Below, in pieces: positions 34,130-50,100 of a stretch of DNA of 64,000 nucleotides (position 1 is its first letter; every line of letters starts with the position of its first letter). The notes below the pieces were generated by a model. It was not told where the DNA came from. It made no database searches and worked only from the letters and a program-made list of their open reading frames with translations. A program made the translations under genes and the position numbers. The stretch comes from Strigamia acuminata (lineage: Eukaryota), in NCBI GenBank assembly GCA_949358305.1, contig OX442314.1, forward strand, positions 8,494,001-8,558,000, read 5' to 3'.

Positions 34130-34870
34130 GAATTTATTGACTGTTGATTATTAGAATAAATATGAAAGAGCAATAAGAAAAATACATTAAAACTATACTT
34201 GGCACGAGGCAAAAATTTTATAATTTTTATTATAAGTTTTTTATAATTTTAAGTTTTTCAAGTTTTCTCTAAATTGTTTCAAAAATTTTCAAATTTATTC
34301 CAAATTTTCAAATGTTTCTTCAATTTTTCGTAATTTCTCAGGCAATTTCGTCCATTTTATCATGAAATGGATTTTTTTCTTTTAAAAATGTTATTTTTTG
34401 GGTGAATAATTTTTTTATCACTTGAAAATGCATTTATTTTATTTCATTTTTAATTTTATTTTTTTTTGAAAATATACCAAACATAAATGCATTTTCATGT
34501 GAGAATAAAAAATTCACACAAAAAAGAAATATTTTCTTAAGTGCTAATAAGCTTAAGGGTTGTGGATGAAAATAGTATAATTTGTTAAAAATTTGAGAAA
34601 ACTTGAAAAAACTTAAAATTATAAAAAAAATTATAAAAAAAAAAATAAAAAAAGGTGTAATAAAAATTTTAAAAAAAATTGTAAAATGTTATAATAAAAA
34701 TTATTTAAAAAAATTGTAAAAAGTTATAATAAAAATTATAGAAAAAATTATAAAGAGTTATAATAAAAATTATAAAAATTTATAAAAACTTTGCCTCGCA
34801 CTAATCAAAAGGTATAGCTATAATGTAATTTTTTTATTGCTATTTCATATTTATTCTGGTAATCAATTAA
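34130..34870. mobile_element. Degenerate AT-rich foldback element
   Basis: Long imperfect inverted arms, e.g. CGAGGCAAA near 34205 vs TTTGCCTCG near 34790, and inverted GAATAAATATGAAA / TTTCATATTTATTC. Confidence 0.5.
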
Positions 34871-35109
34871 AATTTTCACAAGTAAATGTATATTTTATGA
34901 AATTTTTTTTTTAACTTTTTTAAAATATGTCAAATCTTTTAAAATTTTCTGCAATTTCTCACATATTTTTAAAACTTTCTTACATTTGTCACATTTTAGA
35001 CAAAAAGTTTGCCAATTTTCTCACTTTTCTTAATTTTGCCAAATGTTCAAAATGTTATTTTACTCGTGTACAGGTGGCGCTAGCAACGCCGGAAGTTGAA
35101 ACAAACAAA

Positions 35110-35940
35110 CATTCATGTCAAGTTGCTTAATTCATTCTGAATCCTCCATGATTGATTGGCAGTTTCTCATTGCCTCCACCGACCTCGATTTTAAAATTTC
35201 CTTCTTTTGCACTCATATCTGTAACTTACTAACTAAACACGCTTTCCCTTTGATAACCATCTCACTCCCACGTCTTTACTTCTTTGGGAAAACTTTCCAT
35301 TGGTCCTTCCCTGTTGGCGCTTTTCTCGTCTTACCTCTCCAACCGGTCGTTTCATATTGCCTCTGATCCCTTTGGATCTGTGTTTCCCACTACTCGTAGG
35401 TACTCGTGGGATTATCCAGCGCTCTGTGGTTGTTCCTTTACTTTTCAATTCTGTTTCTAATCCCATCCTTGACCTTCCGCTAAACTCGAACATTTGCTCT
35501 TATGTTGACGATAATTTCCTTTCTCGTATAACTCACGCAAATTCTAGTATTAATCCCTCTGACCTCTTTTCTGCTGATCTTTCCGTTTTAACTGAATGGT
35601 GTTCTGCTCATGATACGAGCCTCAACCCTACTAAAACCAAAATTGTGACTTTCCAACGAACCTCTAATGTGAGATCTTCCAGCCCCACTGACTTTATTTC
35701 CATTCTTGGACGTCTTTAAATTTTCGAGGACAAAACCATCTTTTGGATGTCCTTACAACAGCTCTAAGGACTAGTTTAATAATTGCGTCTTGGCATCCAA
35801 TTCCATGAGGGGCAGAGGTCATTTAGTCAAATATTACTTTGTCAAAAAATGTCGAATTCTTGACAAAGACTTTATTTTTCACAAATTTCAAGTCATCTTT
35901 GCGACACCGGTACTTATTGGGACCCGGCGCTTAATACCGT
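35110..35940 (+). pseudogene. Degraded non-LTR (LINE) reverse transcriptase fragment
   Basis: GIIQRSVVVPLLFN (GxPQGSxLxPxLF-like), YVDD, DLSVLTEWC...LNPTKTKIVTF. Confidence 0.75.
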
Positions 35941-35946
35941 GAAAAG

Positions 35947-38900
35947 TGTTAGATTGACAGGCGCCAATATTGCTACAGACATTAAAGGATTAGGAACAGG
36001 ACCTCGTGGACAAAGGGAGAGAAGAAGCGCAGGGTCGTGAACTGTCAGCGACCCCAACTAAACAACCAATGAGAGAATTTCGTTTTGACCCCACAAACTG
36101 TATTTAACCCCCCTGTTCAGAAATAAAACTCACTTGTCAATTTTCAACCTTTCAACACGTGTGTTCTTTTGAGATGTACAACAAATGGTAGCAGAGGCCA
36201 ATGGTTTAAGACACACAAAAAAGTATACAATTACAAGTCACGAGAGAAGCGGCTGAATTTTTTCAAACGAGGGAGCGATAAGACGTAAGTCGCTGAAAAA
36301 TCAACCAAAAACGTGAAGTCAAAAAAAAAAAAAAAAAAAAAAAAAATACACAACAAGATGACCACCACAAAACTCCATGTGGTTTCGAACGTGGAACTCC
36401 TGAACGACTCAAACTACACCCTGTGGTCAGAGAGAATTGAAACGATTCTGAGAGGACGAAAGCTGTGGCGAGCGGCCATCGCAGGAGCGGAACCCCCACA
36501 CGGTGTGGCCGACGCCGAGGACTTCGAGGCCAAAGAGAAAATATGGGAGACGTGGGACGACAAAAATGCCGAAGCGATCGAGATAATGATTGGCACATTG
36601 ACGGGCGACCAGGTGTTGAAGTACCGCGCTTCCCGAAACGCAAAAATTCTTTGGGAGAAGATCAAGGAAAATATGCAGACGGACAACACGCAGCTTCAAT
36701 TAGAATGCAACATGCAATTAACGCATTGCAAGATGGACAAGACGGAGACCATCGACCACTATTTGAACCGAATCGAAGCACTCCAGACGGAAAGCGCCCA
36801 ACTCGGTAAGGACATTACTGACCTGGAAGTGAGATTTTATGCCCTTCACGGACTGAGAGACGAATTCCACCCCACCGCATTGGCAATCAAAGCAAACAAG
36901 ACGCTTACAAACAAGGAGGCACGCGCGATGCTAAAACAAACCGAGACGAGGGGGCAGAAAGCCAACGAGACACGCGCACCAGATGCAGCTTACGAGACCA
37001 AGGTGAAAAGATTCGAGAAGGGCACGGGCGTGCGCAAGTGCTACAACTGCGACATGCCGGGGCACACGGCGGGAGAGTGCCGTAATCCCACGCTTTGCTA
37101 CAACTGCCGGGGAACTGGACACCGAGCGAGCGAGTGCAGACAGCCAAAGAGGGAGAATAAAAACGGCGGACGCAACGCAAAGAAGCCACACTCGAAGGGG
37201 CCACCAAGAACACTGCGTGCACGCGAAATCGGACCCGAGAGGCCACAGAGAATGCTGAGAGCGTTCGAAGTCGAAGATAAGGAACCACAGGAACCTATGG
37301 AGAGCATCGGGACACCTGAAGATGACGTAAGTGAAAAATTTGATGAAATATTAGAAGAAACATTAGAAGAAAATTTAGAGGAAAATTTAGAAGAAAAATT
37401 TGAAGAGAAAATAGTAGAGAAAATAGAAGAAAAATTAGTAGGAAAAATAGAAGAAAATTTAGAGGAAAATGTAGAAGAAAAATTTGAAGAGAAAATAGTA
37501 GAGAAAATAGACGGAAAATTAGTGGGAAAAATAGAAGAAAAAGGTTTCATTGCGACATGCGAGCGGGCGGGGCGTTGCGAAGAAAATAATGAGCAATGGA
37601 TACTGGATTCGGGCGCCACATCCCACATGGCGAAGTCAAGGGGTATATTCGCGACGTATACGCCGGAGAGCCGTGCAATTCAAGTAGCGGACGAAGGCAC
37701 GACGATTAGAACGAGCGGGATCGGGGATATCTGCGTGAAAACGACGACGAGCCAAGACGTGCTGCGACTCGAGCGGGTGTTGCACGTGCCAAGACTTGAT
37801 TCAAACTTACTGTCGGTGCCCAAGATCGTTGACAAGAAGATGAAAGTCCTATTTGAAGAGAAAAAGGCAACAATACTGTCAACAGAAGGGGAGAAAATCC
37901 TAACCGCACTACGAGAGGGAGACAGTTTCGTCATAAATTTAAAAATCGAGAAAAACGGAAACGCGCGACAAACGAAAGAAATAAACACGACATGGCACCA
38001 ACGACTTGGCCACCTGGCGCCCGACACGATGCGAACGATGATGAACGACCAACTGGTACGTGGATTGACATTAAATCGAAACGAGAAGGCAAAATGTGAC
38101 GCGTGCATTAGAAGCAAATTAACTCGCAAGCCACACAAGCCCGTGAACACACGACAATCAAGCGCTGTCATGGATTTGTGGCACGTGGACCTCATCGGGC
38201 CCCTCAAACCCGAGTCATTAGGAAAAGCAAGATTCATTCTCACCGTGGTGGACGACTACAGCAGGAAAACATTGATTGGAATTTTAAAAACAAAGGATGA
38301 AACGTCAGAAGAACTGAAAAATCTAATCACGAGATGCGAGCGGCAAACTGGGAGGCGACTCAGAAAAATTCGAAGCGACAACGGAGGGGAGTTCATCGTC
38401 GGGACCCTGAGCGCGTGGTTCAAGGAACGCGGAATTGACCACCAGCTGACCACACCTTTCTCACCTGCCAGCAACGGAGTCGCGGAGCGCCACAACCGGA
38501 CAATTATCGAGATGACAAGGACGATGTTGTGCGACGCGCAGCTGCCACTCAACTTTTGGGCCGAGTGTGCCACGACGGCGGCACACATACGAAACTCGTG
38601 CACATCCAGGGCACACGGAAAGACGCCATCGGAAATCTGGGACAAGCGGAAACCAACCGTGAAGTATTTGAAGCGATACGGATGTGTCGCGTACACACTC
38701 ATACGAGATGCAAACCGCACGAAGTTGGAACCGAAGGCGCAGAAAGGAATATTCGTGGGCTACTCACAAAATCGGAAAGCATACCGAATCTACAACCCCA
38801 ACACGAGGAAAATAAATGAAGAAAGAAACGTGAGATTCCTGGAACACGAGTTGGGAGCGACGCTGCTACACGGAGAAGCCCAACCCGAAACGACACACTG

Positions 38901-41090
38901 CAACGTACTATTTGAGTTTCAAGAAACTGATACAGAGGCTGAGAATGCACCACGAGACGAAAATGAAATCACACGACCCGAACAAGATGGAAACGAGAAC
39001 GAGCCCACACAAAACGAGAGCGAGCCGACACAAGACGAGAGGGAGTCGACACCAGACGAAAACGAACCGACTCGAGACAAGACCGAACCGACACAAAGCG
39101 GAAATGCAGCCAATACACAAGCGAATAAAATCGGACGACCAAAGGGCACCACCAACGCTGCAAATACAGAAAAATTACGCGAACAAAGGGCCGAATACGA
39201 GCAAACACTCGTGCAACAAGGCGCGCGCAGAAGCAGCCGAAAAAGAAAACATAGAGCATATAGATCGGAAGTTATTGAGCCCACGACGTACGACGAGGCC
39301 ATGAAGTCAATGAATTCCGAGGAGTGGAAGAAAGCCACGGATGAAGAAATCGCATCTATGAAGCACCACCGGGTCTGGAGAATTACGAAACTCCCCGCAG
39401 GAGGAAAAACTGTAAAATGCAAATGGGTATTTAAAATAAAATCCAATCCGAACACTGGGGCTCAACGATTCAAGGCGAGACTAGTCGCCGCCGGTTATAC
39501 GCAACGATGGGGCCAAGATTACGACACAACCTTCGCGCCCGTGATCCGAATCGAAACGATGCGTATGCTAATTAATGACGCAATAAAGCGGGGCGGGACA
39601 CTAAATCAATACGATGTAAAAGCAGCTTACCTACACGGCGAACTCGAGGAAACCATATTCATGGAACAGCCAACCGGATACACAGAGGGAGATGGGAAGC
39701 AGGTATGCCAACTTCTGAAGAGTATATACGGACTTAAACAATCAGGCCGCTGCTGGTACGAGAAGCTCACGGAAGTCTTGAAGGGAGTCAAATTTGAACA
39801 GTCACCAGACGACCCGTGCCTGTTTATTGTGCGCAGAGGAGAGGAATATATGCTGATGGGGGTCTACGTAGATGACGCCCTCGTATCCGCATCCAGCGCC
39901 AAATTTGAAAAATTAATAATTGGAAAAATTCGCGAAGAAATTGAGCTGTTAAGTATGGGACCACTGTCATCAATTTTGGGGATCCAAGCGACATGGGACG
40001 GAGGAGAAATCCAGTTGCACCAGACCAAATATATTGAGGACATATTACTGCAATACGGAATGGAGGATTGCAACCCCAAAAATACACCCATGGACCCCAA
40101 TCAAAAATTGGACGAACACGAAGAAAGCCCAGAAGTCGATCCAAAGTCATACCAAGAACTAATTGGAAAAATTATGTACTTGGCAACGAACACCCGTCCC
40201 GACTTGAGCTTCGCGATGAGCACATTGTCGCAGTACAATTGCAAGCCGAAGCAAATGCATTATTGCGCGTTGAAGCGCATCCTGAAGTATTTAAGAAGAA
40301 CAATCGATTACAGACTGACGTATCGAAAGGAGGCGAGAAATTTGCATGCCTACACAGACGCCAGCTGGGACCGGACAGAAGATGCGAAATCGTTTTCAGG
40401 ATTCATCATAATAGACGGGACAGCAGTCATAAATTGGAGGTGCAAGAAGCAGAGCACTGTAGCAGCATCGAGCACCGAGAGCGAGATGCATGCACTTTCA
40501 GAGGGCGTGAGGGACTTGGCGTGGACACAGAATCTAAACAACTTCATCACACCTCAACCACAAGAGAAATTGGCAACAGTGTTCTGCGACAGCCTGAACG
40601 CGACGCAACTGTTGCAGAGAGGGCCGCAAAAGGCAAGATCGAAATATCACAACCGGCGAATTCATCAGATCAAAGATGAAATTGAAGGCGGACGAATTAA
40701 TGTAAAACACATTCCTGGAGAAAACATGCTTGCGGATTTCCTGACTAAACCGCTAGCCGGACCACCATTGGAGAGAAACATGGTCGGACTGGGAATAAAG
40801 AAGAACGAATGAAGTATTCCATCGAGCAACATTGACGACCTGTAGGAGGGATTTGTTAGATTGACAGGCGCCAATATTGCTACAGACATTAAAGGATTAG
40901 GAACAGGACCTCGTGGACAAAGGGAGAGAAGAAGCGCAGGGTCGTGAACTGTCAGCGACCCCAACTAAACAACCAATGAGAGAATTTCGTTTTGACCCCA
41001 CAAACTGTATTTAACCCCCCTGTTCAGAAATAAAACTCACTTGTCAATTTTCAACCTTTCAACACGTGTGTTCTTTTGAGATGTACAACA
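35947..41090 (+). mobile_element. Intact Ty1/copia LTR retrotransposon
   Basis: 237-bp TG...CA LTRs (35947-36183 and 40854-41090; no differences seen), 5-bp TSD AAAAG, PBS TGGTAGCAGAGG (initiator tRNA-Met, 36186-36197), PPT AGGAGGG before the 3' LTR. Confidence 0.97.
36358..40812 (+). CDS. Copia Gag-Pol polyprotein (about 1484 aa from the first ATG)
   Basis: Two CCHC knuckles, WILDSGATSHM protease, WHQRLGH..CDAC, integrase DD35E (HVDL, RSDNGGEF, NGVAER), RT (KARLVA, LKQSGR, YVDD), RNase H (YTDASW, LADFLTK), in copia domain order. Confidence 0.97.
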   Translation: MTTTKLHVVSNVELLNDSNYTLWSERIETILRGRKLWRAAIAGAEPPHGVADAEDFEAKEKIWETWDDKNAEAIEIMIGTLTGDQVLKYRASRNAKILWEKIKENMQTDNTQLQLECNMQLTHCKMDKTETIDHYLNRIEALQTESAQLGKDITDLEVRFYALHGLRDEFHPTALAIKANKTLTNKEARAMLKQTETRGQKANETRAPDAAYETKVKRFEKGTGVRKCYNCDMPGHTAGECRNPTLCYNCRGTGHRASECRQPKRENKNGGRNAKKPHSKGPPRTLRAREIGPERPQRMLRAFEVEDKEPQEPMESIGTPEDDVSEKFDEILEETLEENLEENLEEKFEEKIVEKIEEKLVGKIEENLEENVEEKFEEKIVEKIDGKLVGKIEEKGFIATCERAGRCEENNEQWILDSGATSHMAKSRGIFATYTPESRAIQVADEGTTIRTSGIGDICVKTTTSQDVLRLERVLHVPRLDSNLLSVPKIVDKKMKVLFEEKKATILSTEGEKILTALREGDSFVINLKIEKNGNARQTKEINTTWHQRLGHLAPDTMRTMMNDQLVRGLTLNRNEKAKCDACIRSKLTRKPHKPVNTRQSSAVMDLWHVDLIGPLKPESLGKARFILTVVDDYSRKTLIGILKTKDETSEELKNLITRCERQTGRRLRKIRSDNGGEFIVGTLSAWFKERGIDHQLTTPFSPASNGVAERHNRTIIEMTRTMLCDAQLPLNFWAECATTAAHIRNSCTSRAHGKTPSEIWDKRKPTVKYLKRYGCVAYTLIRDANRTKLEPKAQKGIFVGYSQNRKAYRIYNPNTRKINEERNVRFLEHELGATLLHGEAQPETTHCNVLFEFQETDTEAENAPRDENEITRPEQDGNENEPTQNESEPTQDERESTPDENEPTRDKTEPTQSGNAANTQANKIGRPKGTTNAANTEKLREQRAEYEQTLVQQGARRSSRKRKHRAYRSEVIEPTTYDEAMKSMNSEEWKKATDEEIASMKHHRVWRITKLPAGGKTVKCKWVFKIKSNPNTGAQRFKARLVAAGYTQRWGQDYDTTFAPVIRIETMRMLINDAIKRGGTLNQYDVKAAYLHGELEETIFMEQPTGYTEGDGKQVCQLLKSIYGLKQSGRCWYEKLTEVLKGVKFEQSPDDPCLFIVRRGEEYMLMGVYVDDALVSASSAKFEKLIIGKIREEIELLSMGPLSSILGIQATWDGGEIQLHQTKYIEDILLQYGMEDCNPKNTPMDPNQKLDEHEESPEVDPKSYQELIGKIMYLATNTRPDLSFAMSTLSQYNCKPKQMHYCALKRILKYLRRTIDYRLTYRKEARNLHAYTDASWDRTEDAKSFSGFIIIDGTAVINWRCKKQSTVAASSTESEMHALSEGVRDLAWTQNLNNFITPQPQEKLATVFCDSLNATQLLQRGPQKARSKYHNRRIHQIKDEIEGGRINVKHIPGENMLADFLTKPLAGPPLERNMVGLGIKKNE

Positions 41091-41944
41091 AAAAGCAGGT
41101 ACACAAAGTGCAATTTTGGATGTTTATGGTAGTTTAGAAAGTAATAAATAATAATAAATAATAACAATAATAAATAGATGTTTTCTTTTTTACTTTAACC
41201 CTGGTGGCAAATGCTTGCAAATTGCTTATTGACTCGACTGCGGCGGTATAATGCGGATCAAGTGATTTTTTTTTTGCCGAAAAATTAAAAAAAAAATGCA
41301 GCATACGGCCCCATTCTGACAAAATTATGTGAAACTTTAAATTTAAAAATGAAGAAACGTTGTGATTTGTGGAAATATTTTCTGCCAGCAATACCGCAAA
41401 ACAAGTCGGCGGAATTCGTGCCTGGAATTGCCGGTGGAATTGCCGGTGAATCGATCGCGATGATGCTGTCACTCTTAGGCTTATATTTGGTCATCGAGTT
41501 TTTAGAATTTTTAGACTAAATAAAACAAGCAGCATAAGGTATACTGACACTCATTTTTAATCACCTTAAATTATACATACACACAAATATACATATATTT
41601 TTTTAAGGTGTGCATCATTAGCAAGGAATATCACCAGGTTTAGGTTTTTATAATTTTGAATTTAGTATTCCAAATTTGAAATGGAATTGAAGAACACCAA
41701 CTGACTATAAGGACTCAAATTTAATAGTTTTAATTAGTTTTTCGAATTAAAAACTGTATATATGTGTTGAAGAAATGTACAAAAATGTCAGATGTGGCCC
41801 AAAATGTTACCTAAAACATAGCAAATAACAAAATAAATAAATAAATAATCTGAGACAAGTGACTTTTTATTTTTTCATTTATAAATTCCATTTCTAAATG
41901 AACATGAAAATGACAAATTCCGCACGAAATAAATTATTTCTTCG

Positions 41945-46102
<4,158 letters not shown>

Positions 46103-47107
46103 AATTGCACAAAATGCGACAAAATGCACAAGTACGATGATCTTCTCGACTAAACCACGATGGTGTCACATTAATGCGCACGTGCGATACATCTTACGCC
46201 ATCTATTAGCGTAAAAGGCAACCTGCCATTACTCTTGCAGTTATACTGTTTTGATTCCAGCATTACACAGTATTACACAGTACATAGGTTGTCAGATGGA
46301 AATTTTTAAATGATTAATGTCTTATAAAGAAAGTACTATATTTAAAAATTAGATCTGCACAAGTTTTCATCGCTATCCTGCCAATCGGCCAATCACGGCG
46401 CTTCATCCATCTTGGGTAACAGATAGCGCCAAATTCATTTTTGATAAGTGTTTTTTTTTCTTTAAATTTTCACTTTTAAAGGCTTTTATTTTCCTTGACA
46501 TGAATTGTGGACTGAAAAAACAAATTAACTTGTAAAACTCTATGGGAAAACAGTGGCGCCATCTATATGTCAGACCTCGACTATCGTTTGAATTAATTTC
46601 CATTTTAATTTTTAGCAGGGATGCAGCATAAAAGCCTTTTTCCAAAAACGTAGTTTTTTTTGTTTTACTTGTTTTATTGAATCAAAAGGTTATATATTTT
46701 GATTATGGTTTCTATTATAATATTGGTCAGAGCTAATGGACATGTATTCGTATTGCTTCCACGGCGGAATGTCGGTAAAACTTGACATTGATTTCTAACA
46801 GCTTATAAGTTGTTTTTAAATCTTCTTTCGGAATCTGATTATAGTCCATCCACATTTATAAATTGCTCTTTTTTTGTTATTGGTTTCAAAATAAGTTGCC
46901 AAGGCTTTAAAGCCGATAACATTGAATACAAATACTGGCGTACCAGGTATTAAATTGCAAATTGTCGTGCTCTAGAGATTAATATGACTAGTAAAAGGTT
47001 GTGTAGTATTAGGCTTTCACCGCAGGATTACATTTACATTCAGTTTTATAACCGAACATGTGTATGTGTGCAGTATAATATACCAGTACTGTATAATAAA
47101 ATCTTGA

Positions 47108-50100
47108 TTATCTCGAGGTGAGCGAAACAATAATTCCGTCTTTCGGCTTCAGCACAATACCTGGAAGGATTTTCATTTCGAAAAAAGATTGTGTCGTCTC
47201 AATTTTAAAAGAACGTAATATCCATGCGAGGACAACTTTTTCTTCGAGCAAAGCAAATCGTTGTCCTGTTGTAATAAAAAATGTTTCATTAAACATGAAT
47301 TGTTAAGTAATAACTGTACCAATGCAATTTCTTGAGCCAGCAGAAAACGGAATATAAGCGAATGGGTGTCTATTACGAGAGTTTTCTGGCAGAAATCTTT
47401 CGGGATTGAACGATTTAGGGTCAGGAAATATGTCTTTATTTTGGTGCAAAGCCATAACAAAAATTACAGCAGTTACACCTGCTGGAACTTTGCAACCACC
47501 TGAAACAGAAAAGATTTAAAAATTAGCTTACTGTCGCCTAGGACGATTTACTACAGGACTTCACATCTAGTACAATTTAATTGCTGGACTGTAAAGCGAT
47601 TCTGTCTTGTGATAGTAGCGCCATCCGGCCGAAACGGCACAAAATGACGGTATTTTGCCGGTAAAACTGACATGACATCCCGCATTTGCATTTTTAGAGG
47701 ATTTTATGTCTAAGTTAAAAATGATGTCTGAAAATTATTTATTACATTTTAAGATATTATTTTTAAATCAAACGTTAAATAAAATTGAATTTCGTTATTA
47801 CGTCCGCCAAAAATATAAATGCGGGATGTCAATTGTCCGCCATTTGCACGCAAAAAGTTTGAGCATTCAGACGACAGATGGCATTTACTTCGTTTTTGTG
47901 CAGGACGCAGGACAACTTAGATTTAAAAAAATGGCGGATTCGAAGTCCTGTAGTAAATCGTCCTAGCCGTAGCTAACTTTTTAAATTCTTCTTACCCATT
48001 ACAGTCTCTTTTTTTAATTTTCGACTTATCGTTGGAATCGGAGGAGTAACCCGCAAAGTTTCCTATAGTTTAAAGATTTGAATTGTTTTATTAATTTTAA
48101 ATGAGAACTAAAAACAAAATTTGCATTCGTTCCTTAATTACACATTCCAAATACTTCATTCGTTTTGTGTGTTCAATTGTAATTGGTGTACTTTTATCGC
48201 CTTCTGTCAAAATATTTTCCAAATTTTCAATCCAATTTCATCTACAACTGCTTAACATGCTTTGATACCGAAGATCGAGTGTAGTTCTTCATGCACTTTA
48301 TTCTGTATATGGGGAAATGTTGCAAGTGCACATAAAGTCCACGAAATTGCAGATGCTGTTGTATCATGTCCTGCAGCCATAAATGTGTCGACTTCCTCAC
48401 GGATATCGAGGTCGCTTAATTGTCTTCCTTCGTCGGACGCTTCAATCAGCAAGTCCAAAAACGCTAATCGTTTTTTCCGACCAATCAGAGAGTTTTCAAT
48501 ATCAGTTGCGGGTTTGCCTTCAGATTTCCATTTAAGTTTTCTTTCTTGAATTACCTATTTTTACATATGTGTAAAGATTTTCTTTTACACTAATGGTAAA
48601 ATATTACTTTATCTGTGAATCCATGCAAAATCTTCAGACATTTTTCATGTTCCCGTCCGGATGGTGTCATATAAAATAGCCAGTCTGGCCGTAAGTAAAT
48701 TCTCAGTTGTCTCGACAGAATGATGTCTTTAATTCTATTAATAAAGAGAAAAAAAATAAAAATTGATATACTCTGGCTCATCGTAAGAGGGGGATTGGTT
48801 TCTATTGGCCGAGCCTGTTTACTTCTAACTGTTGCCTTTATACTACCACCAGGAAATGTAGTTTTGTTTTGTTTTTAATTTGTTTGATTATTGTAGATGG
48901 TTGAAATGATGTGAATTGACTTCTATTTAATAATACAATGTTTTAAAAAGTTTTAAAGCAATGTTTTAAGTTGTTACTTTTTCAAAATACATTTATCTTC
49001 AGTTCGTTCAGTTTATTGGCTTTGTCAGGAAAGCAAGCAATTTTTTAATTTTATGATTGATTGTTTTGTCTGGCAAGCACACAACATGCATTTTGGCCTA
49101 CTTTTATGTACACCTACACCAGTGAAATGGGCTCGGCCAATAAGAACTGGCCCCCCTCTTACGATGAGCCAGAGTATACTTTAATTTTGTGGATCTTACT
49201 TCTCGAATGCTGAAATATAAGCAGATTCTGAATTATTTTGTGCATTTATGTGGCAACCCATCATAGAATCTAAAGTTAAAACCAATTAATTGTATTGTAT
49301 TTTGTATAGTATTATCATTTTATCACACCAAAAATAATGTCCAAAGTGCACATCGTGATGAATGGGCAAATGTCAAATGATTTTTTCTCAGTTTGCTTCA
49401 TCAATTTTTGAATTAATATTTTACTTTGGTCATTAAACACTGAAATAAAATTTTCTAGTAATCGAAAATGAAAAGCCGGCGTCAGAAGCTTACGACGCAC
49501 CAGCCATTTGGATCCGTTGCTACGAAATAAATTTGGGGGAAATAATCATAACAAGTGTTATTTTAACTTGAAATACCTTGTAAGCAATCCAGTTCCTAGC
49601 ATGGGTTCTATAAATTTATACTCGCTGGATTTGTCATCATGGTTTGATAAAATAACCTGTAACAAAAATATATATTTTTAAATCGATGTAACAAATCTGA
49701 TATTTAACAATCTTCTGCACCTCAATATCAGCTGGTGAAAATGTAACCAAATAAGGATGACCAAGTAACCAAAATATAAACCGGTTAGGAAACATTTCAG
49801 TCCAATTGAGAAGTATACCGGGTAATTCTAAGTAATTGTAAAATGAATTAAAACAAGTAAATATCTGTAATGCATGGAAGCATTACATATTAGACTTCTA
49901 AATCCCTTCTACACTTTTCTGAAAAGAAATATATCTGTCCGTCTGTCCCTAAATTAAACACTGTGGTGATCTCAAAATATTTCACCAACTTAGAAGATAA
50001 ATTAATTATGTCTTCTAATTAATTTGATTGTGGCACACGCCAAGTCAGATCATGTGACCGAGAGGAGAAATCCTCTCTAGGCACATATCACCCCAGGTTG

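Noticed and set aside
36313..36357. Poly-Lys N-terminus of the 1499-aa copia ORF
   Set aside because: Poly-A tract in the 5' leader read from a GTG; the likely start is the ATG at 36358.
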